DNA of 64,000 nt from Lama glama. Lineage: Eukaryota. The notes under the pieces are model-generated. The model was not told where the DNA came from and searched no databases. It saw only the letters and a program-made list of their open reading frames with translations. The stretch lies in assembly GCA_028534125.1 (NCBI GenBank), contig CM052818.1, positions 22,322,001 to 22,386,000 of the forward strand. Reading direction: 5' to 3'. The position numbers and the translations under genes are program-made. Below, piece after piece: positions 24,891-37,394 of this stretch; the stretch's first letter is position 1, and every line of letters begins with the position of its first letter.

Positions 24891-25344
24891 AGGGAACAGG
24901 CCTCTAAGATGTGATCTGAGTCCCAGCCTGGGGACGTCCAGGCTGTCAGTGAGTCCTGATGGGAGGAATGGAGGAGGAGGGGAGGAGGGTGGCTGTTGAT
25001 GTGGACTCTGCAGCTAGGGCAGACTGGGCTGAGACAATCCCGGCGGTGTTTGATAAAAGGCGGGGGCTTTTCTCTGTCAAGTAAATATTATAAGAAAAGG
25101 CCGTCTCCGGGGAACGGCTCCGTCCGGTTCCCCCCTTGAGGGCCAAAGTCCCCAGGGGCCAGTCTGGAGGCTTCTTTTATGTGACTGTAAAGTAATCCAG
25201 GGCCTGGCAGGGTCGAGGCTGGGCGGGCACTGACGCGCAGGGCGGCATTGATGCGGTCAATGATTACCTTTTATGCCTAGCCATAAAGGCAACCGCCCAG
25301 CCCTCTGGACAATGCCCCCTCCAGACAATGCCCCAGGAGGGCGG

Positions 25345-25367
25345 GTGCGCATGCGTGTGCATGCGTG

Positions 25368-25418
<51 letters not shown>
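25345..25418. repeat. (AC)24 microsatellite preceded by an alternating purine-pyrimidine tract
   Basis: GTGCGCATGCGTGTGCATGCGTGTAT followed by perfect AC repeats at 25371-25418. Confidence 0.97.
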
Positions 25419-25420
<2 letters not shown>

Positions 25421-28400
25421 AGCTGCTGGGCAGGGACCTATCCCCGCTTAGGGTTTCTGAGAACATTCCTCAGAAGACATCTCTGTCTCCCCTGGGAAGT
25501 CCCTGGAGATTTGGCCCAGGAGCTAAGGGCATTTGAGTGGCTGTAAGTGGGACCCACTAAGGTTTGAGACACAAAAGATCTACATCCAGGGCCCTGGATC
25601 CTATTCTAGATGGGTCTATGTAGAGGGGTGGGGTAGTCACCCAGACTCAGGACCGTCTTTGTGGGAAGGCAGGTATTCTAGGACAGATCAAATTCCATTC
25701 CCATTTTACAGGTGGGGCAGTTGAGGTCTGGGTGCACAGCAACTTGCCCAGGGGCCTCAGGTGGGGGACAATGGCCAAGCTGGGAGAAGAATCCTGGTTC
25801 TCTCTGGCAACACCAGACTGAGGGGGTCCAGGTGGGACTGTCAGGTGTCAGGAAAAGTTTGGGTCACTTCTCAGAGAAGATATCTCCCTTGGGGCTCAGA
25901 GGGGAGCTGGGAAGAACCCGAGGGCCTGGCTTTGAGGCTAATATTGGGAAGAGACCAAGAACGATCCCCTTGCATGGCCAGGGGCCACATGCAGGGCCTG
26001 CTGTGCTCCTACAGGCTGCTTCCATGGCATTGTTACCCTGTCCTGATGGGTACACATCCCTGCCTGCCTGGAGAGGGGCAGCCAGCTATGGGGGCAGGGC
26101 AGGGCAGAGATGGCCAAATTAATATTTCACCTCTTGGACTGATAAAGCCCAGGAACATGTGTCCTGGCAAGAGAGGCTGGAGGAGCAGAGGCTGCAGTCC
26201 CTGGTAGGGGGTTCTGGCTGCTCCATGGCCCCTGCCTGAGGCTGGAGGTCAGGAGGCCTGGCATCACTTTCCTCTCCTGGCTGAGGGGAGAACCCTGCAC
26301 TATCATCTTGATGAGCATGGGAGGGACTAAACTAAAGACTCCACAGGGCATCTCTCGGACAAGTCAGTCTGCTATCTTGAGAAAAGAGGGCTGTTATTCA
26401 CAGTGGTTATAAATGCTTCATGGAATCAGAGTGAAGTTGCTTTGAGCCTCAGCCAGAATGCCCCAATCAACCTTTGGCTCTGATAAAGATAAGCGGACCC
26501 AGGGTGATAACACACAAACCAGAAACTGTCAACAGGTGCTAATTAGGGCACTGGGTGCTGAGCCACACCCACTACACCTGACGTGGGGTGAAATCTCAGG
26601 TGGGGAGCGAGGGCTTGATCTGGGTGGGGAAAGATATGGGCTCACTGGTGCAGCTCAGCCTTATCGTCTTTTTGCCACCTCTTTCCAAGGACTTCCCCAC
26701 CCCCAATGCCTGCCTATATGACATTTCATATGATGAAAGAACAAAATATATTCAAATATTGTTGTAAAAAACATGATGATCATGATATTACACAGTGGAA
26801 ATAGTCCCAAATTGGGAGCCAAGAGACCTGACTCTTGTCTTGCTCTGTACAACCTTGAGCCAGTCATTTCTCTTGGAACTTCAGTCCCCACCCTCAGCAA
26901 AACGGGGGATAGAAATAGGGCAGGTGTAGAGCAATCCCCCTGCTGGGGTCCCAGCTGGGTCTAAAGTTCATGATCTGTTGCTGCAAAACACGGCAATCTG
27001 TGAAGTGTACAAAACATGTCACTGGTGCCACCCAGCAATGCTGGGGTGTGTGTGACACTTAACAGAGTCACAGATCCATCTGCAGAAGCAAGAGCCATGA
27101 GGAGGGCTCCAAGGCGCAGACAGTTCTCAGGGCTCCTGGAATCCCCTCCCTATCTGAGCCAGCGGTCTGCATGCCTGCTGCCTGCTCGGTGCCCCTTAAA
27201 TTAATGTGGCAGAGGGCTGATGGTTCATTTCCCTCCCTCCCTGGCACTCCTCAACCCCCTCCTCCTCTTCAGGGTACACACACACTGAAGTGGCTGCCCA
27301 GAAGTGACCCGGGGTGCTGAGTCGGGGCCCCGAGTCTCCAGGTCTGCGCTGGGCCGGCTCGCTGGAGTTGGGGTGGGGACGAACCAGCACTAGCACAGAT
27401 TCTACTTTTCATCAGCAAGGCCCAACCTGAGAGCAGGGCAGGGGTTCACCACATCTCCTGGGAACTGGTAGGAACTGTGTGGACAGGATTGGGTGGACTA
27501 TATAGCTGTGGGGATGGAGGAGGGCAGGGAAGTGGCTGGGGAGATGGCGGGGTCACTGGGAGGTGAGAAGGCACGAGGGCCTTGACCATCCTTCCTCTGG
27601 CCAGCTTCTCCAGACAGTAGGGTACCTGCACCGCCAGCTTGCCAGGCTCAGCCCTGGGCAGTGGGGCAGGGCAGTGACTCAGACCCAGGCCGCCCTCCAG
27701 CTCTCACGGGGGTCCCTTAACAGAGGAGAAGGGCAAACATCCATGCCCCAGGGCCGAAGTAACAGCTTCAACAGAAATCACTACCGGGGCAGTGGCTCTA
27801 AGCTGGGAGCAGTTTCTCCCGCCTGGGGCAGCGGGCAGAGTGCGGGGAGGAGACCGAAGAGTCCCGGGAAGGCGGTGCCCAAAGTGAACCTTGAAAGATG
27901 AGTAGAAATGCGTCATTCCTTAACTCCTCGCAGCTGTGGCTCATCTGAACAGTGGGCATAATGAATGGTACTTTCTTCCTGGGCTGCTTGTGAGGCTTCA
28001 ATGAGTGAAAATCTGTAAAGCGCTCAGTACAGGGCCCGGCTGGTCATCAGTGCTCAGGTGTGGACTGTTGACTTTATGGCCGGGAGGGTAAGGAGGGAGG
28101 GCGTTTCAGGCAGAGCCAACGGCAAGTACCTGGGGGTGAAAAAAAAAAGGAGACAAAATGCCAGAACCTACGCAGTCTGGCAGGCTCTGGGAAGCATTGC
28201 GGAGACACAGCGCGTGCCTCTGTATGCTGGGGGTGAGCCGGCTGGCGAAGGTGCAGGGCTGGCCGTGTAGCCACTGCTAAGTCCAGCCTAGGGAGGGGGC
28301 TCCCAGGAGGGCAGTCGTGGGGAGGGGAAGTCCCCCAAGGCTGGCCCACCAGGGCCTGATCTCAGCTCCCAGGGGTTGAGTCAGGGGCCAAGGTTTTGTG

Positions 28401-28476
28401 GGGCTTGGATACTCTCTCTATGAGGCTAGAGTAGGAGGAAGGAGACCTTGAGGAGTTGCAGAGGAGGAGGCTGGGG

Positions 28477-28477
<1 letters not shown>

Positions 28478-28509
<32 letters not shown>

Positions 28510-28539
28510 ACAGAGAGCGAGCGAGCGAGCGAGCGAGCG
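28478..28539. repeat. Compound microsatellite (TG)15 - AG-rich spacer - (GAGC)6
   Basis: Directly visible. Confidence 0.95.
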
Positions 28540-29830
28540 GACTGTAGGGTTGGGGCATAGGCAAAGGAGCAGGGACCCTAGGCAGCCAGAATTTGTGCCT
28601 AGGGGAGGGAAGAGGGGCACAGGTCCCTTTCCCAGGCCGAGGGCTCTGCTCTCCAGCACCAGGAGGGCTGGGGCCTCTGCAGGAGAGGCCAGGAGGCCAC
28701 GCCCACACGGACTGTCATGGCCCAGCCCAACACCTGCACTGTCCTCATCTCTGGTCAGAGCGTGGCTGGGTGTAAATGGGTGTGTGTGGGTGTGTGGGTA
28801 TGTGTGTACACAGGCGGCATTTCTTGATCAAGGAATGCTCAGAAGTTCCTGCTAAAGGTCAGGCCAGTGAGGAGTGAGGGCCTGGCCTACCTCCTCAGGC
28901 CCTGGCAATGGGACAGCGCTGTCCCACCCAAATCGGCCGGGCCTTGGGGACAGGGGGGCTGACGGGCCTCTGACTCAGGCGAGGCAAGGAGGAGGGGCTG
29001 GAAGTGCCAGGACTAGCAGGAGTCGGTTAGTCATCCTCTGAGTAGCAGGCGGCACACTCAGCTTTGGGTGGGGGGGCTTTCCTGCAACCAAAACAACAGC
29101 CTGGACCTGGGCCAGGGGTCAGGATGCAGGACAGGATGTGTTTTTGGGGCCTCTGAGCAGCTGATGGAGATCCTGGAGGTGAATCCAAGGCTGGTGCCCA
29201 GGCACAGGCCCAGGAAGGTCTCTGGGGGTTTGCTGCAGCCCTGTGTCACTGACAGCTCATGGGAAAGCCGCACAAATGTATGTCTGGTGCGGTGAGCCAT
29301 TGAGGCAGGTCCACGGCACCCAGCACAGGGCCAGACACACAGGAACACGCTCTGGTCATGGGGTGGGATTGAGCAAAGCTGGCAAAGAAAAGTGCTGGAG
29401 GCCTGAACTCTGAGAATCTAGGAACAGCCTCAGGAGACACACCGGAATGGGGAAGGGCACCCTGTGGGTTTCATGTCTGCCAAGGCCTCTGCTACAGACA
29501 TGAGGAACAGCCTTGAGCACTCCAAGCTTTCTGGCCCCAAAATGCAGCCTCCGTGGGACTGTGGGTAAGACCCGTCTCAGCTTATCCCAGTTCCAGCCAC
29601 AGAGATCCCGTGGAAAAATCTCTCCTGAAAGAAGCTGCCTTTGAGCTTTCCAGGAATGCTGTCCCGGGGCGGAACCAGGATGGCAGCGGAGGGGAGAGGC
29701 GTAGGGTGGTATGTTTCAGAATAGACTTGGACCCGAACCTGAGAGCCCTGTGTTCCCATGGGCCTGATGCCTGGCTGTGGAGAAACCAAAAGGTCATGGA
29801 TGTGCCTGGCAGAACCAGGACAAAGCAGAA

Positions 29831-29838
29831 TGTGTGTA

Positions 29839-29871
<33 letters not shown>

Positions 29872-29872
29872 C
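29831..29872. repeat. Compound (TG)n(AG)n microsatellite
   Basis: Directly visible. Confidence 0.9.
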
Positions 29873-29969
29873 ATACACGGGTCTGGGGATGACCTGAAAT
29901 GTTACATGTCTGTGCCCCTAGTGCTAAAGGCAGCCTGGACCAAACTTTTTTAAAGAAGTTTAAAAAGAG

Positions 29970-30230
29970 ACACAGTATTGTGCAGTGGTTAAAAGTGCAG
30001 GCTCTGGAGCCAGAGTGTCTGGGTTTGAATCTGGACTCCTCTACCCACTCCCAGCCGCTGTGACTTCAGGTAAGTTGGTTCATCCATGTCTGTATCTCAG
30101 TTTCCACAACTATAAAGTGAGCATCAGAACAGCATCTACCTCATAGGGTCGCTGCAAGAATTAAATGAGCAAATACAAATAAAGTGCTTAGAAATGGGCC
30201 TTACTCAGAGTGAACACTCTACAGGTGTGA
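29970..30230 (+). mobile_element. MIR SINE, full length
   Basis: ACAGTATTGTGCAGTGGTTAAAAGTGCAGGCTCTGGAGCCAGAGTGTCTGGGTTTGAATC...CTCAGTTTCC...ACCTCATAGGG...ATTAAATGAG...AAAGTGCTTAGAA. Confidence 0.92.
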
Positions 30231-31403
30231 CTGGTCCTTGCTGAAGGACTGAAACTCCATGTCAAGCAATCAATCAATGCCAGGCCCAGGCCCAGGCCAG
30301 TGTGAGCTCAGGCCAGCTGAGCCCAAATGGGGCGTGGAAGGGCCGTTAGCGTCAGCACATCCAAAGTCCTTGGACCTGCTGAGTTGGCACAGGGTGCCTA
30401 CCTTGGCATTCTCAGCCCTGAAGAAAGCCCTAGAGAAATGCCTGGGCTTCTCAAAGTGTCAGTAGGTGAAGGGAATGAGGGACTGGGAGACCCCACCCTT
30501 GGCTAAAGTTTCCTTCTCTGGCTCGCTAACCTCCCCTGCCCTCACTGCAGGGCTGGGCCCGGCTGACTGATCGGTTGTGCATCTTTTCTACAGCAAGTGG
30601 AAGGTCAAGTATGCAGGACTCATTCCATGGGAACTGTAGTGATGAGTGTGTGCCTGTCGGGGTACAAAGTCCCCAGCCCATGGATGCTTCCCTACTCCAA
30701 CTAGAATTCCATAGCAGACTGCCTATCTGGCACTAATTCTTAGCCGCCTTATATTTCTAATGATTTCATCCAGCTGGTCAATTGGTCAATCAACAAATAC
30801 TTGTTGCAGCCCTATTACGTGTCATACTATAAAACTGTAGGGATGCAGAGATCTCTGTTGTGAATGATAGGACCAGTGCATGGGGTCCAGGAGTGAGATG
30901 GGATAGGGTTTCCTGGTTGCAGGAATAATGTGGATCAAAGCATATCAGAAGGAGAGAGTCTACCCAAGGCGTGAGATGTGGCTTGAGGGAGGGGAAATGA
31001 GAGGAGGTGGGGCAGGAGGCAGGGTCAGAGTGGGCCAGGAAGGGCCCTGTGGGTCTGGCTTTCTCTGGAAGGAGCCATCGAAGGCAAGACTTCAAACACC
31101 CGGAGGGTGAGGAGCTGCTTTTGACATCCCCCAAGGTTGGGTCTAGAAGCTGTTCAATGAACATTTGCAGGTTAATGACAGGGCAGCATTGGGGTATCCA
31201 AGGGCTCAGGTGGCCCCATATATTGCAGACTGCATGATTGGCTCATTCTGTTGCTATGCCTTTTGGTGGCCCCGTGGCAGGGGGCCCGGTGTTTAGGTGT
31301 CAGTGGACATGTCCCCACCTGTGTGTGTGTCAGTGAGTGTCTGTGGGGCCATGATTCAGCCAGTGACTGTGTGTGCGTGTCTGCACACGTGCCCTGACTG
31401 GGG

Positions 31404-31524
31404 CATTCCCCAGCTGCTCGTGGACTATTTTTAGAGGTATTAGCCCCTAGTTATGGCTCCTATCCCCACCCTATCCTATGTACACCTGCTCAGGTGAGAA
31501 CACCTGGAGGTGATTCCACATCTG
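31404..31524. promoter_or_regulatory. Candidate MEF2 + E-box enhancer module A
   Basis: CAGCTG 31411, CTATTTTTAG (MEF2 consensus) 31425-31434, CACCTGctCAGGTG 31483-31496, CACCTG 31501. Confidence 0.45.
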
Positions 31525-32971
31525 GGCTTGTACTTGGCTGGAAGTTGTCTCTGGGCATCAGGCCAAGCAGATGTTGGCCTCCTTGGGAGCCTGGCCTGGG
31601 GAGGAGACAGGGAATGGGGCTGGTGGGAGAGGGTCTGGGGTGAGAGTAGCTGGGTCTTCAGGCCCTTGTTGGGCTTCAGAGAGTGGCTACAGAAACAGCC
31701 AGTGGCCATCCATCCATTTTTGTCTTTCCATGTGTCCACCCATCCTCCTGTGTCTTTTAGTCCATTTGCTAGTCTGTTTGTCCATCCATTGACCATCTGT
31801 TTGTCCCTAGTCCTCCCCTCTAACAGCTTGCCCCACTCAGGCAAATTTTTCTCGAGTCTTCTGATGCAGGATGTGAATATAAGTCTTGCCCTGACCCTCA
31901 ATAGTTCCTGGGGTCACAACATAGCTCCTCATCCCTGGCGCTCAGCCCGCCCGGTGGGCCACCACTTCACCCCATGGGTACCATGAGGTCCCAGCACAGA
32001 CATGGCACTCCCTCACTAGTCCTGGAGCTGAAGATGCTCGGACACCTCTTCCAACCCTCTTCCCAGAAAGTCCTCTTGCCTCTTACCATACAAGGCTCCT
32101 CTCCTCCAGGGAGTCCTCCTTGACTGCCCTGCTCTGCTCCTGTGTCCCCGGACTTCACTCTGTTGGAGCCCTGTGCAGGCTGTAGGAAGCCATGCCCAAG
32201 TCTTGTGGGAGCAGAGCCGAGGGTTCCTAGGTGGGGAGGTGCCACCTAAAACTGGGAGCTCCCTCAGACCATGGGGCCAGGGAGGGCCATGGAGCAGTTC
32301 ATGTGTCCTTTCTCTCCTCGGGGGATTTCCTGGGATGTGGCCCAGCCAGACCTGCCCCACCCAGACTTCCAGCACAGTGCTGAGGCTCCCCCGGGGAGGT
32401 TCTTCCTGTAGAAACTGGGGACTCCCACATCCTGGCTTGGGCTCTGGGTGTGGGGGCTTGGCCAGGCCAGAGAAGGACAAACCTCCTGGTGCTGCTCTCT
32501 CCAGGGCCTGGGAGAGCCAGAACACCAGGGCAGGGATGGGTGAGGGGAGGGGGTAATTAGTTAATGGAGTGTGTGCGCGCATGCATTCATTTATAGAGCA
32601 AACATTTCCTGAGCGCCTGGTGTGCAGCAGGCACTGTTACAGGCACTGAGGAAACAGCAGTGGACAAGACCAACAGGGGCGCTGTCCTTGGGAGGCTGAT
32701 GTTCTAGCCGGAGAGGCCCAAGAGCTGCCAGGTCGATGTCAGTGTGTGTTGGGGACTGTGAGCGTGGGAAGAGGGCGTGTGTGGATAAGTGGCCCAGACA
32801 TAAACGGGGTCAGGCCCAAGCAGGGACGCGTGCGTGCAAACTTGAGTATGTATCTTTGGGGTACCCATGGGTCCCCTGGGGTCTGTGCTAGGCATGTGAT
32901 GTGTGTCTGTGGAGGCCCAGAACTGGCGTGCATGTGCATATCAGCCAGTTTGGGAAGCTGTGTGGCGGCCA

Positions 32972-33085
32972 CACCTGGCTGACTCCCAGGCTACGGGGAT
33001 CTATTTTTAGAAGTGACAGCCTGTAGATCCCCCGCCACCCACCCACACCTGCTCAGGTGCCCAGCCGCTGAGGAGGGCCCAGCTG
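32972..33085. promoter_or_regulatory. Candidate MEF2 + E-box enhancer module B
   Basis: CACCTG 32972, CTATTTTTAG 33001-33010, CACCTGctCAGGTG 33046-33059, CAGCTG 33080. Confidence 0.45.
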
Positions 33086-33624
33086 GCCTGCGGGTGAGAG
33101 TGAACCTGTCTTAGCCAGTGCCACCAGCTCTCTGCCACTCAGACCCACACTTCAAACGGAGCAGACTCTGGCCTCCGGTCAAGCAGGGTGGGCCATGCCT
33201 GGGGCCCTAGTGATCGACGGGGAATCCCAGCTCCCATGCCCCACACCTGCAGCCCTACCTCCTGTCACCTGGGAATGCCCTACCCCACCCCACCCTTTGC
33301 AGGAGGCCCAGCTTTGGAAAACTCCAGGATGCCTCTGGCCCTCCATGCCCAGCCTGTCACCCTGAGAGGTGGACCAGGCTGGGCTGGAGGTGGGAGGGGA
33401 GGAGGGAAGTGGGTCAGGGATGACCTCCTCTCTTACCAAATAGCCAGGCCCCTCCATCACTCCCTCCTTCCAACGCTTCTTTCCTGGCTGCAGGTGGACC
33501 GTCCAGAGAGGCAGAAGCAGCTGGGCTACCTGTGCGTCACTCCTCCCTGCCTCTGATCCCTCATTCTCTCCTCTTTGTGTCCCATCTCTCCCCTTCTCCA
33601 ACCTTTGTCATCTTTCTGAGTTAA

Positions 33625-33810
33625 TGACAACATGCACTGAATTCCAACTTCTACAGGCGTGGTGCCAAGTGCTTTGCGCATATTATCTTATTTAACTATC
33701 ACAATGAAGGCGTTGCTTTCACCCCCGTTATAGGAGAAGGCTGAGGCTCAGAGGGATTCAAGTCACCCAGTGAGGAGGGCTCAGGGCAGGGGTCCAAGCC
33801 CAGGCTCAGG
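33625..33810 (-). mobile_element. MIR SINE
   Basis: GTGCCAAGTGCTTTGCGCATATTATCTTATTTAACTATCACAA...CTGAGGCTCAGAGGGATTCAAGTCACCC. Confidence 0.8.
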
Positions 33811-34330
33811 CACATCCTGTTGCGCTTTGTCCTTGGGCTTACCCTGCTGTCCTCCTCCCAGACATGGTCTTGGTGGGAACTGAGCTGTGGCCCAGGAGCC
33901 CTTCCTTGGGCTGTGGGAGTGGGCACACAGAAGGAAGAGAAGATGACAGATGCAATGGGGACCCAGGTAGTGGCCCCCAGGTTCTGGCCCCTCCCCTGCT
34001 GCAGAATCTTCCATGGCTCCCTACAGGCATTTACAGGGCAATCTCAAACTTCTCTTAAGCTGGCAAGCAGCCTTTCCTGTACTACCACCATCTCCTCCTC
34101 CCTGACAACACTCAGCCAGGCAAATGCTTGCTTTCCCTCCAGTGCAGTTAAAGGGTAAGGATATAAAATGCCCCGCCTGGAGCTACATGCCTTGCCGATT
34201 TCATTTCACTTCGTTGGCATGATGTCTGGTGCTCTCTGTACAAATGAGGAAACTGAGCTCAGAAGTGGGCAGCTGTTGCTCAAGGCCACACAGCTGGTAG
34301 GGAACCAGTGGGACTCAAAACCACTCATCT

Positions 34331-34466
34331 GGGGTGAGGGTATAGCTCAGTGGTAGAGGGTGTGCTTAGAGTACAGGAGGTCCTGGGTTCAATCCCCAGT
34401 ACCTCCATTAAAAATTAATAAATAAATCAACCTAATTACCTCCTTCTGCCAAAAAATACCTAACAT
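34331..34466 (+). mobile_element. tRNA-derived SINE (camelid vic-1-like), inserted into a MIR
   Basis: A box TAGCTCAGTGG, B box GGTTCAATCCC, tail AATAAATAAATCAACCTAATTACCTCC; TSD AAAA(CCA/TTG)CTCATCT at 34317-34330 and 34467-34480. Confidence 0.92.
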
Positions 34467-35254
34467 AAAATTGCTCATCTCACTGTGCTGTTCAGTTCAG
34501 TGGGGTTTGAATAGATAGACCATGGTTGTTACAACGCCAAATCCTATGCCAGCGGCTAGCGATAGAGACAGCATTAGGGGAGGGGGTACACGCATGTACA
34601 CACACACAAGGCACCCACGCACGCAAACGGCACGCACAAGGTAACAGTGCTTCTTTCTGCAGGTCCTCTCTGCCCTTTCTCCTCTACGCTTCAGATAGGG
34701 AGGGCAGTGGGGAGGGGAGGCAGACAGGGAGGAGGGGGAGGTGCTGAATTGCTCACCTCCCAGTCTTAAAACCTTCACACTTGTGACTTAGACCCCTAGG
34801 TGGTCCCTTTCAAAGACTGAGCTCTATTTCCTTTTAAAAGGGGGAGAGAGTAGGAAAGAGAAAAACACATTTTGTTCTGATGTCTCAAGATGTCATTTGG
34901 GGACAGTTTGTCTTTTTTCCTCCCTATCTCTGTCCCCCAGAGCCATAGAGAGCATCACCTCCACCCCATCCTTCTCAACATGGCTCCATTACCCCACTGA
35001 GCTTTCCAAAACCCTGGTGTCCGGTGCTGAGTCACTAGGCTGGGGTGGGTGTGACACAGGAAACAGTTTCTTCTCTGTGACAGTCAGGCATTGGGAGAGA
35101 AGCCAGGGGTCCTTGGCTAACCCAAGAACTCAGATCCAGTCCACTTCACTGTCCCTTACTTTTGCTGAGAAGGTCAGCTTGTTCTTGGACCAGAAACTCC
35201 ATGAGACTGAGACCTTGTCTGTCTGGTTTAGAGGCTTACAGGTTTTTTAAAATA

Positions 35255-35737
35255 AAGCCACCATTGGCCCTTGACACGCTTTTGGAGGCCCCACCCAAAT
35301 CACATGAAACATATTAAAATACACTCTGATTGCACATTGAATGTCATTTGATGGTAAATTTTTAAAAGGGTTTTCAATTAATTATGATTGTGAAATTATT
35401 CAACTACAATTAATGCATTTAATTTAAAATAGACTCCAATTTCTTGAAAAGCATCATGCATACCTGGGAATTCTTTGAAATGAGAACATCTAAACCAACA
35501 AATTGCTTTCAAATGTAATGAAACATATATGAGTTCCAATTTTCCAGTTAATGAACTTGCAAAAAGATTGTGTTTGGTTGACATTAAATTACATCATTTT
35601 AGGTTCGATTTTCCAGTCTTTTAAAAATGTTCAAGCCAATACATTTTCCCCCAGGTCTCAAACCCTTTTTGTAGGACCTTGAAAATTCCACGGGTCCCAG
35701 ACACTTTGCCTATGTGGCTGTGAAAATGAATAGCCTG
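35255..35737 (-). mobile_element. hAT-Tip100 DNA transposon fossil (MER115/Zaphod-like)
   Basis: AT-rich body bounded by GGCCCTTGACACGCTTTTGGAGGCCCC and GTAGGACCTTGAAAATTCCACGGGTCCCAGACACTTTGCCTA. Confidence 0.6.
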
Positions 35738-35789
35738 ATGTAAGTGTCTCCTTAAACACTGTTGAAGAGAGGTAAGGGAAAGAGAAATC

Positions 35790-36450
35790 AATGATTTGGA
35801 AACAGAGAAAAAATGCTAGTATCCCTCATAATTAAAAACATAAATTAAAATGAGATACTATTTTTCATCCTTCAGATTGGCAAAGACAGAAACGTGGTTT
35901 TGGGTACAATCTGGTATAACTTTTTAGAGGACTACTGGATGATAGCTATCAAAATACAAAGTGCATATTCCCTTTGTCCCAGAAATTACAGTACAAGGAA
36001 TCTAGGCTACTAGAAATGTACAATGATCCATGAAGAAAGACTTTCATGGCCGTGGACAACCAGGAACAGACTAGATGTTGACCAGTTAGGACTGACGTAA
36101 ATGGTGGGACATCCCCACAATGGAATATCGCACAGATGTGGAAGAATGTGTTGATATGGAGCAAATACCTTGCTACAGTGTTAAGTGGGGAAAAAATCAC
36201 AGTGCAGGACAATGTGTAATGCATTCTTTCTTTTGTGAAGGAAGGAAAATAATATACATGCACATACGTGTATTTATATTTATACACTAGGAAATGCCTC
36301 GAAAGAATTGGAAGGAGACTTAGAAACTGGAGAAAATAGTTGTCTCTGAGAGGGAAACTGGGAAGATGGAAGAGAATTACTTCTTGTTTTCGCTATGTTT
36401 AATTTTTTTTTTAACCATTGGTACATATCTCTTTTTTCATGAAAAAAATC
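35790..36450 (+). mobile_element. Ancient LINE-1 (L1ME-like) 3' region
   Basis: AATGAGATACTATTTTTCATCCTTCAGATTGGCAAAGA...TATCAAAATACAAAGTGCATATTCCCTTTGTCCCAGAAATT. Confidence 0.8.
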
Positions 36451-36974
36451 TGGTTATCAAACAGATAAATGCCTGTGGAATGAAAGAAGTAAAATGAGTG
36501 AATGAGTGAATGAATGAATGAAAGAATGTATGAATCCTAGGTGCCACATGGAAGAAGGAGTTGCTGCAAGGGCCTCCCACCATCCGGTGGAGGAGACCCA
36601 CAGAAAATGCACAGCGCAACAGTCTATTGATGACGGGAGGAAGGGAGGGGAGGATTTCGGAGATTTACTCCAGGAGAGTTTGAAGGATGGAAAGGGCTGG
36701 GCAGAGGGGAAGCATTGGAAGGGAGGGTTGGTGGGGTTTTGTCATGGGACAGCTGCCTCTCCATCCCTGTCCCTAACCCTGGCTCTTCCCTAGGTGTACA
36801 TTCTATTTTAAGACTGGAAAGTCCCTTTCACGATGCCTGGCATATAATCTGTGGCAATAAATAGTGGTTGACTGAATGGATGGAATCAGTCACTGGTTAA
36901 TCCAGGCTGCAGTGTTAGTCACTCCTGTCCCTTCCCTAAACACCTCCCCACCACCCAACAACAGATGACTCTCT

Positions 36975-37045
36975 CAGCGCTGCCGTGTACAGCTGTGCGG
37001 TGTGTCCACTGCACAACTCCAGGAAGTGCCATTTTCATAGACTGG
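36975..37045 (+). mobile_element. MER91-like hAT-Tip100 fragment
   Basis: CAGCGCTGCCGTGTACAGCTGTGCGG...CACTGCACAACTCCAGGAAGTGCCATTTTCATAGAC. Confidence 0.65.
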
Positions 37046-37394
37046 CAGGTAAGTGATGCCTCCTGAAGTTGTGGGATGTAGCGCACCTGCAAAACAGTTT
37101 CTTCTTCTTTCAAGCTTAGGGGAACTGACGCCACAATAAGAGTGAGAGGGGTCAGGGAAGGGAATCCCAATCCAGACACTGCAGGCTTTTCCCTTTTTCT
37201 TTCTAATTCCTGAGGCCCCTTCTTTTGTTCCTCTCTAACTTGGGCTTGAGGTGACTTAGCCAAATCTGACCGATTACTCTCTTCCTTGACTACAGAGTTT
37301 GGGACTTGCAGTATGATCTTGGGCAAGCCCAAGAACCTCTTTGGGTCTAAGTTTCCCCATCTAAGAAATTAATAAATGTGTAGAGAACAACTCT

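Noticed and set aside
34331..34406. Possible tRNA genes (also at 38050, 38728, 40340, 61781)
   Set aside because: Degenerate anticodon arms, A-rich tails and TSDs mark them as SINEs.
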